Origin: Mustelus asterias
Taxonomy: Eukaryota
DNA length: 64,000 nt
Assembly: GCF_964213995.1 (NCBI RefSeq)
Contig: NC_135801.1
Span: forward strand, 40,548,001 to 40,612,000
Direction of reading: 5' to 3'
Each line of letters starts with the position of its first letter. Positions within the stretch are counted from its first letter, which is position 1. The translations under genes and the position numbers were made by a program. Below the pieces are notes generated by a model that saw only the letters and a list, made by a program, of their open reading frames with translations, had not been told where the DNA came from and ran no database searches. This document shows positions 10,610-22,732 of the stretch, in pieces.

Positions 10610-12420
10610 AAGTTGGGGGGGATGCAAAGAAAGAGGTTCAGGGAGGAATTCTAGAAATTAAGACACAGGTTTGAAGGCTTTGGCCACCAATTGTGGAGAT
10701 GAAAATCAAGGATTTGCATGAGACCAGAGTGCAAACATTTCAGAGAAAGTTAGAGAGCCACAAGAAAATGAGACCATGGAGGGACTTGAAATTAAGGAGG
10801 ATTTTCTTTTAAATTGAGGCGTTGTCAGAGCGGGAGTCAACGTAGGTTAGTGAATACAGAAGCCTTGGATGAACAAGACTTGATATGGGCAGCAGTTTTG
10901 GATGAGCTCTAGTTTATGGAGGGAGCAGGGTGGGAACCTGGCAGGAAGAGCATTAGAATAGTCAGCCAGATAGAGATAGATGACTGTTTCAGCAGATGAG
11001 CAGAGTCAAAGCAGAGATTAGTAATATTACTGAAATGAAAGGTAGTAGTTACATTGATGAAGCACATACGATCTGAAGCTCAATGCCATCAAAAAAGGAC
11101 ACCAAGGTAGAGAAGACATTGATTCAGACTCAACAGTGGCAAGCAGGGAAATGTAGTTCATTGCAGAGAACAGAACTTGTGGAATTAACCCAAGGTTTCA
11201 GTTTCAGCCATCCTCATATTTAGTTAGAAGAAATTTCAGCTCGTCTATTATTGGATATCGGAAAAGCAGCTTGTCAAATCAGAGGTAGTGGAGGGGATCA
11301 AGAGACATGTTGGTTAAGTACCGCTAAGTGTCATCAGCATACACATGGAACCTGGTGTTATATTTCAGATGATTTTGCCAAGGGCAGCATGTAGATGAGA
11401 AATAGAAGCTAAGGATAGCTTGGGATGCTCCAGGAGGAATGGTACGTGTGGCTGAATAGGAAAAGCAGATGAGGACAACCCAACAGTTAGATGACAGAGG
11501 GGAAACATCTGGAGAAGAATGGTGTGGTCATCTGTGTCAAAGGCTACAAACATGTTGAGAAGTATGAGGTGGGATAATTCATCATGGTCACAATGACATA
11601 GTGGGTCATATGTAAATGATAAGAACCGCTTCAGTGCTGTGCATGGCAGAAGCCTGATTTGAATGGTAGGGAGGGGATTCAAACATTAAGTTACAATAAA
11701 AATGGACATGGATTTAGAAGACAATAATATGTTCACTGACTTTGGAGAGAAAAGCGAGGATGGAGATGGGACAGAAGTTTGCAGAGTGTAAAACAATGGG
11801 CGGCACGGTAGCACAGTGGTTAGCACTGCTGCTTCACAGCTCCAGGGACCTGGGTTCGATTCCCGGCTTGGGTCACTGTCTGTGTGGAGTTTGCACATTC
11901 TCCTTGTGTCTGCGTGGGTTTCCTCCGGGTGCTCCGGTTTCCTCCCACAGTCCAAAGATGTGCGGGTTAGGTTGATTGACCATGCTAAAAATTGCCCCTT
12001 AGTGTCCTGGGATGCGTAGATTAGAGGGATTAGCGGGTAAAATATGTAGGGATATGGGGGTAGGGCCTGGGTGGGATTGTGGTCGGTGCAGACTCGATGG
12101 GCCGAATGGCCTCTTTCTGTGCTGTAGGGTTTCTATGATTTCTATGATTTCTATAAGGGTGTGCTATTTGAGTAATATGTGCTGATGGCGAATTTGAAGG
12201 AAGGGCGTGGGGCAGACAGTACCCAAGGATGGAGAACAGCAAACAATAAACTAACATGAGAAGGGAAGGTAGATGTGCACCAGTTTGATAGGAATAGGGT
12301 TGGAAGATTCAGAGCTGAGTCTCATGGGCGAGAAGAGCTTGGTGAGGGCATGTGGAAATATATGAAAGAAACTAGAGAAATGCATGAAATGCTTCTAGGC
12401 AGACTAACAGACATCAAGAT
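10610..12420 (-). mobile_element. L2 LINE relic, interrupted by an HE1 SINE
   Basis: ORF 11365-11682 (…CDHDELSHLILLNMFVAFDTDDHTILL) matches the L2 RT motif SLLILLDLSAAFDTVDH. Confidence 0.75.
11798..12154 (+). mobile_element. HE1-type V-SINE, full length
   Basis: tRNA-like head with A box and B box (GGTTCGATTCCC), V-domain (gtctgtgtggagtttgcacattctcc…), CR1-like tail and (tttctatga)n end. Confidence 0.92.
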
Positions 12421-13329
12421 TCAGGTCTTATTACATCAAATTAACTTTGTGCCTTGTTATTTGTTAATAACCTGCAACCCATCATCCGAAGGTGGAAATG
12501 CAAATGAAGAGCAGTTGCATGAAAACCTCGGGCCTTTCAATGTCTCAGGCACTTGGTTATTCACGTATGAATTAGACTAGATACTTGGATTTTCATGGCC
12601 TTTGCAGTCAAGTCTAACATCCAGTTATGCATTTATTAAGGATATTTTCACCAAGGATTATTGGATACCAAACACGCATGATAAAAGGCATAAAAAACAA
12701 ACTGCTTCATCATGTTTAACTAGTTAAAAAAATCATCATGAACAATGTAATCATAATTGCAGGGCTTAAAGGCTGGTCCAAGACAACTGCAAAAGTTCGC
12801 AAAAAGGTTAATGCCTAATTTGTCTCAACAAGAACAATGCTTTTTCTTGGCAACAATTACACTTCCTTTCCATACTCACTTGCGTGGTGGAGGAGGGTTG
12901 TGTTTCTATTTATATAAACGACTTTCTGATGTGCAATGTAGCTTACCCATCAACACTATTAGGGCGACCGCAGCCCCCACCCACCCCAAGCAATACACTG
13001 CACACAGCTGAGCTTCCTTTCTAGGTATGTTTGTAATGCCTACTAAATTTACTCAACCTTAGTGTAGAATGGAAAGTGCAAAAAATGTCCTTTACGCAAT
13101 GAAGCGCTCTCTTGTCTTCCAGAATTTGTACACTAAGAGCAGGCGTCATTTTGAACATTGCCAGTTAAAGCTACATAAAATCAACAACTCAAATATCACT
13201 GTGAAGGACAAATATACAAAATCAATTCTGTTCAACTATGGTAACTTTTAAACCAACACAAGTCCAAGTCACCTTCAGCACAATATTATTGAGAAAATAT
13301 AGCTGACTAGCATCAGAAATCATAAACAG

Positions 13330-13555
13330 GCTAAATTAAAACAGCAAACTTTGCCAGTTAACACCAAAGATGAGAAAAATGTTAAATGAACAAGGCTACA
13401 GAGAAATTAAGCATTTCTTCCATAAAGATGCCTACAATATAACAGAAAAAAATCAACATTGGATTCTATTAAAGATATGAGATATTTGCAGATCATGTAA
13501 TGAATGATATTTCTTGACATTGATGAAACAGGGCTGTGTTCAAAATTCTAGTCCG
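13330..13555 (+). pseudogene. Possible ancient pogo/Tigger transposase relic
   Basis: gacattgatgaaacagggctgtgt encodes DIDETGLC, resembling the pogo N.DETGL first-aspartate motif. There is little other support. Confidence 0.25.
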
Positions 13556-13879
13556 TTTACAGCCATTAGCAGATCTAATTTGGATTCACATGGCCAGTTC
13601 GTGTGTGTTACGGAAAACTAGGTTGCCTTTACAGAGTACAATTTAAAATGTTACCAAGATTAACCCATCAACAAATTAACACATAGTTATTCAAGGGGAA
13701 ATATGAAACAAAATTTTAGATTTAGATTATTCCATTTTACACAAACATTTAAAAAAATGAAAACCAACCTTGAAAAATAGAAAAAAATTAGGAAAAAGCA
13801 ATCTTCAAAACTTTCATATCCAAACTATAAAACCGTACAAGTACATGAGGCAGCAACTTTGAAAGAACTGTCCAAATTA

Positions 13880-14080
13880 GTCCCACACCACAATTCCTCT
13901 TCCTAATCCTTCAAATTAGTTCTCTTCACTACAGATTCCATTGCCATTTAAAAGTTCCTATGAAATCTGATTCCACTACCCCTTTGGGAAATGCAATCGC
14001 CTTGTCTAAAACAATTTCTTCCAATTTTCCCTCTAAATTTACTGCCAATTGACCTTAAACCTGTGACCTCTGGTTTCTAT
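13880..14080 (-). mobile_element. Old CR1 3' fragment
   Basis: Decayed reverse complement of the CR1 ORF2 end (ttaaacctgtgacctctggtttct). Confidence 0.5.
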
Positions 14081-14263
14081 GCTTAGAAGAAAAAGTAATT
14101 TTATGAATTTTGAGATACAGAATGGAATCTTATCAGCCATTATCAGGTCAGGTTCAAAAGTCTCCAATTTGTAAGTTTTGTGATTGCTCTTTTCCACAGC
14201 AAGTCAATTAAGTTCCCCATCAATCAGGGTGGATGCAGTGAAGGACCCTGGCAGGACTCTCAA

Positions 14264-14503
14264 TAAGAAGTTTAACAACACCAGGTTAAAGTCCAACAGG
14301 TTTATTTGGTAGCAAATGCCACTAGCTTTCAGAGCGCTGCCCCTTCATCAGGTGGAGTGGCAGATCTCCACTCCACCTGACGAAGGGGCAGCGCTCCGAA
14401 AGCTAGTGGCATTTGCTACCAAATAAACATGTTGGACTTTAACCTGGTGTTGTTAAACTTCTTACTGTGTTTACCCCAGTCCAACGCTGGCATCTCCACA
14501 TCA
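14264..14503 (+). mobile_element. Penelope-like family A fold-back insertion
   Basis: 97-bp inverted arms (14264-14360 / 14368-14464, 3 mismatches) plus a 3' tail ending CTCCACATCA. Flanked by the 13-bp direct repeat caggactctcaat (14252-14264 / 14502-14514). Confidence 0.9.
14373..14409 (+). ncRNA. Minimal type I hammerhead ribozyme motif (PLE-type)
   Basis: CCAC-CUGACGA-A-GGGGC(AGC)GCUCC-GAAA-GC-UA-GUGG gives the conserved core, stem II and stem I CCAC/GUGG, with stem III reduced to palindromic AGCU. Confidence 0.75.
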
Positions 14504-14570
14504 GGACTCTCAATGGCAGTGTTCTGAGGGAAACAAATCCAGTGTGAAGAAAGCAAGCACTGCAGAATAG

Positions 14571-15620
14571 ATGCCAGACATGGAAAGGCTAATCTCCCAG
14601 TTCACAGGCTTGTCCATGGAGGTCATGTTTCAAGAACTGAGGTCAGAAAGAGAAGAGCTTTTCCTGGAGGGAAGCAGAAGGAAGCCTGCCAACTTCATCA
14701 AGTTGCTATGGCAGTGAGCAGGAGTGCGGCGTCAGGGACCTTGATCTCGTGCTGAAAAAGGTGCAATGATCTCATGAAGTTCATTAAGGTGAAGCTCCTG
14801 ATGACAGCCATCACAGTCACCTTCCCAGCAATCTTCTGCACAACACTCAGTTGACCAATAAACCATGCTATCACAAACATTTCTCTCTCTCTCCAACCTC
14901 CATCTCAACAGATAATACTTGTACTCACCCTCAGCTTATTTGCTCTCTCGCTCCCATTCCTCACAGTTACGCACCTCAAATGTCTACCTTTCATCCTAAA
15001 CCATTTCATTGCAGAAGAATCTACAACTTCAGGGAAAGGCCAAGAACCAGGTATGGAGCTGCAGCCATCCCTGACATTGATGCAGGAGTAAGCCATGGAA
15101 GTCAGCAAGGCATTGGTGATGAGAGATAAAGATAGCCGTGGAACCTGGTGACAACACTGAGATCATACTGTCACTGGCCACTTAACTGTCACTCACATTT
15201 CATGTATTGGTGACATCGACTCAATATTATGGTGCGCACAATGTTAACTTGAAACTCTATTTCACCTACATACATCACTTACTCATGTATTTCACTTCCC
15301 ACAGGTACATTGCCAGATACAGTGCAGGATATGGGCGAGATGAGATTTAAGCCCATGGACTTCTCAAAAAAAAGACCAGCATTCTGAGGATCCATCATCA
15401 CATGCTTCCTGCACACTCTCCACCAGCGTAGACATGCTTCTCAGTGGGTCCAGCTTTTTAGTTACATAGAGTAACACATGGTGAGGAGAATATCACATAT
15501 AAGGAGACAAGAACAGATGTGAAGAGTCCCCATCAGGAAGCGCTTCCAAGCACTTCCAAGTTCCACTCAGCTGGACACAGATGCTGAAACACAGGGATCA
15601 TAGACTAAATGGATACTTAT
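14571..15620 (+). pseudogene. Myb/SANT-like DNA-binding gene of a Harbinger transposon, decayed, with introns
   Basis: MERLISQFTGLSMEVMFQELRSEREELF…VAMAVS…C*KRCNDLMK followed by a gt donor at 14789. After ttcattgcag (15014) comes RIYNFRERPRTRYG, and there is a further acceptor at 15304. This resembles Harbinger Myb/trihelix ORFs (RF…LEVL…R..LF…C.KRFNDL / HN.RER.KTGGG). Confidence 0.55.
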
Positions 15621-16264
15621 TGACAAGCACGTGTACGTGCATCTATCAGAATTGTTAATTGCTTCTGAAGCCAGACGGTGAAGTAGGACACCAGACACTT
15701 TCTTAATATTAGACTTATTTACAGAAGGCAACATTACACATGTCTGTCTGCCCTCCAACCAATACCCTGCATTCTGCGTGCTCAAGGTACAGAATCAATC
15801 AATGCCCTTCACCAATGTATTCTTAACTTTGATAATAAAATTAACGTACCATAAACAAGAATTTCCTGAAGCTTTAAGCAACTTTGCACAGAAAAAAGAG
15901 AAATCCATCTCTACACTGCCAGGATGTCATGGACATTTGCACTGAGGACAACCTCCATGGAAAAAGTAGTTAACATGGAGAGTCAGATGTGGCAGGTCAC
16001 AGTGCATGTTGGCTCACACCAGTGGTCTAGAGTCTAGCTTCTAGTTTGCACAACATCAGTCCAAGTGTCACTAAACACCAAGCTCACAGGAAGCCAAGTG
16101 TTTTTCTGTAGTAGGTTAACAGAGAACTGCAGGCGTGCCCCAACAGGAAGATGAAAGAAAGGGCTGATGGCAATGTGGGCTCTTCCTAAGGCACTACCAG
16201 TTCGCATGTCTTGCCCTCCTCCTCCCCCCACCCTGACAGAGCCACACATGTTCCGTCCTACCCT

Positions 16265-16546
16265 CAGCACGGTGGCACAATGGTTAGCACTATTGCCTCA
16301 CAGCGTCAGGGACCTGGGTTCGATTCCTGGCTTGGCTCATTTGTGTGTGGAATTTGCGCGTTCTCCCCATGTCTACGTGAGTTTCCTCTGGGTGCTCCGG
16401 TTTCCCCCCTCAGTGAAAAATGTGCTGGTTAGGTGCATTGACCCGAACAGGCGCTGGAGTGTGGTGACTAGAGGAATTTCACAGTAACTTCATTGCAGCG
16501 TTAATGTAAGCCTTACTTGTGACTAATAAATAAACTTTAACTTTAA
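16265..16546 (+). mobile_element. V-SINE with non-CR1 tail
   Basis: Same tRNA head and V-domain as HE1, but ends ggaatttcacagtaacttcattgcag…tgtgactaataaataaactttaactttaa. Confidence 0.85.
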
Positions 16547-16659
16547 TAATTGAGTTTTCTCTTACAATTACTACGACTACTGCATTTCTACGCTTCACTT
16601 CCATTTCTTTGGCAACTACTTGTTCCAGAGTGCTCGTGGTGCTTTTTCCTAATTTATCA

Positions 16660-16985
16660 TACAGAAACCTTTGGTGTTAGAAAAACATCATGCAGATGCT
16701 AAAAAGAGCTTACAGGATCCTTAGCGTTATAAATAGAGACAGAGTACAAAAGTTAGGAAGTTATGTTAAACCTTTATAGATCACTGATTAGACCTCACTA
16801 CGCTTTGGGAATAATAACAAAGCTTTGTAGAGGGCAAAAAGGAAATTTATCAGAATTGTACCAGTTACATGGAGAGGCTTGAAAACTTGGGTTCGATTTC
16901 CTAGAACAGGTCAGGTTAATAGGAAATTTTAATAGAGGTGTTCAAAATTATAAGGGACTTTAAAGAGAAAACTTTATCACTGACA
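16660..16985 (+). mobile_element. Old CR1 fragment
   Basis: Decayed …INRDIEYK..EVMLNLYRSLIRPH…LIEVFKII. Confidence 0.7.
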
Positions 16986-17329
16986 GTGTGATCAGTGCCC
17001 TCAACGTAATGGATCCCATTAGGGGTTTCTTGCTCCTGGTAGAGCCATAAATGGCAGCAAGGTCGGTGGAGAGGTGCCAAACAAAGTGTGGCTTAGGAAT
17101 CCTCATCAGCAGGACAGGCAAAATAAAACTGTCTCTCTCACTGGCTGCGAAGCTGGAAAAAGACTGTAATAGCAAGATGGTCTAGTCATCGTGGTTCAAC
17201 ACATCTCCAAAATCTAATCCATCGAGATCATGTGGATAAAGACAGCTCCCCAAGGTCCCAAACAAAATCTCAACAGATGAAGATGGATGTCCAATATACT
17301 TTATCAGTATCACAATGCAATTGCATTTT

Positions 17330-18015
17330 CATAACTGCAATTGTCTTGAGTGGAAGATCTGAAACACTCACCTCTAAAATTCAGACTGTGATAGCCCCCA
17401 TACTTTTCACAATCTATCTGGTAATTCACTTCAAAGATCTATTGTCCTCTCGTATCAAATTGAATACAGCCGAAATGGAAAATTTTTAACCTCAGTCACC
17501 TGTGCCAAAACTAAACTGACTATCATAACTGACATGATCTACAGTTTGTGGATGACTAGTGTCATTGCCCATGCTGCACCAGATTTGCAAATCACATTCA
17601 ATCTCTTCAGTTCTGAGATACTTGGCTTATCCTTGAATGTTAGCAAAACAAAACACTTATCAACCTTCACCGGGTCAGCCCAATATTCCACAACCTATAT
17701 CTGTTAATGGAACTAATTTGGATTATGTCAAGCACTTTCCATATCTTGGCAACCACTTGTCTCAAAAGGCCACCACTGACAAGGAGATCCAATACCGTAT
17801 TAGCCACACCAGTTCAAACCTCTACAAACCATGCAAGTCCTAGTGTACAGAGGTGGTGTCATCACCACACTCTTGTACTACAGTGATACCTAAACTGTAC
17901 ATCAGTGACACATAAGAATGCTGTAGAAATTCCATCAGCAACGCCTCCGCCACATCCTCCGGATTCAACGGGAAGACTGTTGGACAAATTCTGGTGTCCG
18001 TCTTGAAGCAATTTG
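17330..18015 (+). mobile_element. RTE-clade LINE relic
   Basis: Peptides VIAPILFTIYL, LQFVDD, GLSLNVSK and ISVNGTNLDYVKHFPYLGNHLSQKATTDKEIQYRI are RTE RT domains 4-7. Confidence 0.75.
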
Positions 18016-19129
18016 TTGCACCCATGAAATAATAGTGCCATGATCACAACAAAAAGGAATTATAAATGCATCATTCATTATTTGCTGTTTGGGCATCTAA
18101 CATGGGGGAGCCAGACCCTATTTTGATGATAAATAATTTTAGCAATACTTTTAAAATGCAGTTTTCGGCATCTTTCTTCAGTAACATGTATCTTGTATTC
18201 TTGTTCTAAAATGTTTGGGTATTATAAATTAGCACTCAAACTGAGTCTATGCAAATACTTGGCAATGTTCCAACTGTAAGATAATGTTTTTAATATTACT
18301 CCATGGAAGACAAAAAGCAAAGGCATTTACTAAAATAGAAAACAAGTTCATTCTATTTTTTCATACAGTTAAAAATGGGAAGGAAAGTACTTCATTCATA
18401 ATTAGCTGGAACCGAATTCTGTAAATTATTTGCCATTTTCACTTATAGGACTTGTTCCTTTAGCTAAATCAGTGAGACCTGCCACCTTTAATGTAAAGGA
18501 TAGAAAATAATTTTGAAGCAACTTGAAATTCTCATTCCCTCTCTGTTAGTCCCCATCGACAATCATACTTCCTGTTTACAAGTCCCAATCTCATCCTGTA
18601 CTTGGCTTCATCCTTTTTGATGCTTCCTGCACCCGTAAAATGGTTATCCTGACTTATTTTAGATTGGTTGAAGAGGATATTGTTTAAAAATGAGTAGAAG
18701 ATGTACAACAATAAGCACTTCAGGCAACATCCACATCTAGCATAACTTTGAACTGTAGACACAAAGCCCACTTAAATGTTGTTGTGTAAAAGTAGATCTC
18801 AGGAAAGAGTGCTGCTCATTTTGACTAACGGGAGGATTTCTGTAATAAATCTTATATCTGTAAAACTAGACTTTTTATATTATAGTCCTTTTCATGAACT
18901 GACTGGCGGGGGAGGGCATAAGAATTGGATATCATTCTTCTAAATATTTCACATACAATACATTCTTTGTGCATGTGCGCACCATGTCTGGAACATAACC
19001 TTACAAGTTTCAAGTGCGTACTTATCCATACGTCCAACATTCAGATCCAAGAAAAATTATATGCACAGAACTGCCTAAAGACGCAAAAAGATTATTGCAC
19101 TGAATCTATAAACACAAGGTGCAGATTTT

Positions 19130-19620
19130 GAAGGTAACAGCAAACAAACAATGCCAGCTGTATAAGTCAGAATTGTTAATTCAAAGCCAACTCATTATAA
19201 TGAAAGTAAAATAAGAAAGTTTAAATTATGAGAAAGAAACAAAAGATACAAGTTTTAAGTTAACCGTTCTAATTTTCTAAAAATCTCCGATAATTGAAGT
19301 CTAAAGAAATGAAGCATAATGCTTGTGAAATTTAATTTTCAGGGAGAGGGAGGTCATTTCCAATAATAATTACTTAACGTGTAGTTAAGAATTCACTTAC
19401 AGTGAAATACATGAGCCGTAATTTTCTCTAGCATGTTTATATGACAACTTCACACCCTTCCACATGTTTAAATAGCAAGTCTTTCAGCAAGTTATGACTA
19501 TAGCTAAGCTTTTGATGGAGCAGGGCAACTCAGACAGCAACTTCATGGTTTCCACATTTAACTGCATATTTGGTCACTGGAAGTAGCTAATAACCTCATT
19601 TGTAACTGAAAATTCAGGCC
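19130..19620 (+). repeat. Unclassified old interspersed repeat (copy 2)
   Basis: Similar to 6900-7358 as described for that copy. Confidence 0.45.
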
Positions 19621-21359
19621 TATTTCTTTTTCAATCAGGATCCTGCAAAGTCAAATCAAGACCAAAACCTCAATAGTGCCACATCTTAAATGCATCTTTG
19701 GTGATGCCAAGTTACATTGGTAGAAGAATAGGTAACTCACTTTATCTACACGTTTAATATTATGTGGTCTCAGACCCAAGAGGCATGGAAATCAGCTGCA
19801 ATATATTATTTTGCCATTCGTAGCAATAGTACCTCCAGTCAATGATTCCAAAGTGGATGTTAGATAAATAGAAACCATCCCATGAGAATGAAGTTGGCAT
19901 TATTTTTCATGTTTCTTCCTTTCAGACTAACCTAATGTTACTGAAGAACTCAATGCCAAAAACATATATTAAATCAAATATCAATGTTCTACAAGTAGGT
20001 AATTTATATGGGTAATATTTCAAAATCAACAGATAAATGGAAAAATATCACTGCCTAACCTGAATATTTCCAGAATTTACTGTTTTCCTTCAAATTTCCA
20101 GCACAGTATTTGCTTAGAAAACTGTTGTGTTGTCATTAATCATCAAACTTTCTCTTCCCTCCTATTTATCGTGCTTCCCGAACTTCAGAAGAAATTCCCA
20201 TACTGTTCAAAATAAAATATTTTCACTAGTTTCATTTTGTTTAATATTTCTTCAACAAACCCTACCATTGTGATTTCAGAACAGTTGTAACAGAAAAGGC
20301 AACAGCAGGATTTTTTTGTTAAAAAGATTAGGGTGGAATGTCCTGGGGGACATAGTCAGGAAGTTACATCCCAGGACCTGGGAGAGGGGGGTGCACACTG
20401 CACAAAATACCAAGACCTGGCAACTAGGGGACCCTGACCTCAGCACTATAAATGGAGTTCTCAACGTTGTCCAGACTAAGCAGCTGGATCTTCAAACCCG
20501 AAAGGCTGGCTTTAAAAAAATAATCGGCACTGTCAGGCTGAAAGCTCCATTTCTTTTAAACAGCTGGTGTTTCAGGTCAGTTTCACTCCGCTTCTGACAT
20601 TTAGGCAGCTTTGTGATCCCGATTTGTTTTCGCCACAAAACCACAGAGCTACTTAAAGATCAGCAGCAGCAGTTCCTACTCACAGCAACTTTCATAAGAA
20701 TATTTTTGGTTAAAATCCCTGGAATCATTTTAGAGACAATTAGATGCTGTGAGGGATGGATTTTTTTCTGGATGGATCTGATGGGCTGGACTAGATGGCT
20801 TTAACATCCATAACTATCTTACAAACAGGGTGGAATCATGGAAAAAATCCTAATTATTTTGTTGCTAATGTGAAAAGACTGTGCGGGGTGAGCTGTCAGG
20901 AGTAATAGGCTCAAGAGTGAATCCGTAATCTGTCTTACACTGCACATGATTCCCAAGAATCTTTTGCATTGACCTCAATCTTGTCCTTTTATCTACTTGC
21001 CTATTATCCCCACTTGATTTTGGTGCTTTTGAGCTTTTTGAGGTACGAAAATGTTGTACAGTTGATATAATGTAGTGGGCAACAGCAATTAGCAGAGTCT
21101 TCATGCATGCTGATCACAAAAATGCAGACACAACTGTGAACAATTCAGTCTTTATTCTACGGCCTCTTAAAAGTTGTGTTGAACAAAGACACACGAGGGC
21201 TCCAATGCTTCTCAAGGACAGTGAAGGCCTATGTTGTTCAATCATTCTTACATTGTTTGTTGCTCAGGCATCATTTGATCATTCTACCTCCACGATTACT
21301 GTTAAAATTGAACCCAAATACAGCCCTAGTGTGAAATAATTATATTGAATATCATGCAC

Positions 21360-21462
21360 CTGGGTAGAAGAAAGCCTCTATTTCATCTTTATGACCACAG
21401 GACATTCCAAAACACTTTGCAGTCAATTGCCTGCTCTCAAAGTGCAGTCACCGCAGCGAAAC
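21360..21462 (-). mobile_element. DeuSINE (SacSINE1-like) 3' fragment
   Basis: tttatgaccacaggacattccaaaacactttgcagtcaattg…aagtgcagtcac resembles the reverse complement of the DeuSINE 3' part (recalled consensus). Confidence 0.45.
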
Positions 21463-22427
21463 TAACAGTTTGGATTTTTATTTTAAAAAGCCTGTTGAAC
21501 ATTAAGCTGCCCAAAGGTCTTTCCTGCTCTCAGCAACTGTTAGAGTTTTTTTTAAAAAACCACTGACTGTCAGTTGCTAAGAACGGGAACTGACTGCAGA
21601 GCAGTGATTTGAGGAACAGCAACCACAGGAAAGGCAAAGCTGCTTCTCCAATCACAGAATAGATCTTTCCCATGCTGGATATATGCAAGTTCTTCCTTTT
21701 GTTTTTATTTCTGGCGATTTACTTGCAAACTGGTTTTCCAGTGCATACTTACTCTTTAAGTTTCAAACCATCTAATTATAAGTTATACACATTAAACACA
21801 TAATATGTTTTAGGAACATGCAATTGTAGGAACTTATCACTTTCATGAAAGTTATACCGAATCCATAAAAATGTGTTCAAAGAAACAAACACAGTAGGTC
21901 TCATGAGGAGATGCACATTTTCACAAACTGAAATCACAATCCAACACCAGACTCCTACAGCACCATTAATGCCCATTGTGAACCTACATAATGGCAGGAA
22001 GTATGCTTGGAGGCAAGATGCCTTCTCAGGCTAGGATCAACAGATTGGCATAAAAAGCCAGGAAAATCACATGTAGCATAAATACTTGCACAACACACAT
22101 ACCCAAGTGTGTTTACTTTTATATTTTGATTATGTGCGTTTCTGTGCTCAAATACATAGGAAATATTGCCCCAACAATGGATCTCCTATAATTTGTCTGC
22201 AAGTTGCCTGGAGCATTGTTGCAAAATTTAACTGTTAAGTTTACACACTAACTTCTGTTTAAATTGGTCTGCCATTTTAAGTCCATTGCTCTAGTACTCT
22301 CCACAAGGAAGTATCTGAGGAGGCAAATCCGAGTAACTGTAGCTGCTTGGTCAGTTTTAGTCGCAGAAGAATTGTGCAATGACTAACTCTATTTTCCCTC
22401 CTAGTGACTTAAAGGGATTAAACTGTT

Positions 22428-22640
22428 TATAGAATCACAGAATTGTTAAAGTGCAGAAGGAGGCCATTTGGCCCATTGTGTCTGCACCGGCTCTTCAAAC
22501 GAGTATCCTGGCTTAGTGTCTATATGCCTTTTCCCCATACCACTGCACATTGTTGTTTCTACTCAAGCAATCATTTGATGTCCTCTTGAATGCCTCAATT
22601 GAACCTGCCTTCACCACACTTTCAGGCAATGCATTCCTGT
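22428..22640 (-). mobile_element. CR1 3' end fragment
   Basis: atagaatcacagaat…agaaggaggccatttggcccatt is the reverse complement of the CR1/HE1 shared tail. Confidence 0.75.
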
Positions 22641-22732
22641 GCTAAGCTGTCGAAATAGGGAAATGATGCAGATCTTTACTGAAAGAATTTGGAAAGCACC
22701 GTGAAACATCTCCCCAGAGAGCATAGCAGTAA

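Noticed and set aside
11798-11875. tRNA-like sequences at SINE heads (also 16265, 38180, 46100, 61829)
   Set aside because: They continue into the V-domain and a LINE-type tail and lack a complete cloverleaf, so they are SINEs, not tRNA genes.
11686-12019. Recurrent ORFs such as MDCGRKPEHPEETHAD… and MVSTAASQLQGPGFDS…
   Set aside because: Spurious translations of HE1 SINE copies.
18532-18771. 79-aa minus-strand ORF and other 60-110-aa ORFs in AT-rich unique DNA
   Set aside because: No recognisable domain or splice context, and the lengths are expected by chance.
19735-19800. Minus-strand donor/acceptor pair
   Set aside because: Stops in all three frames and a poor pyrimidine tract.
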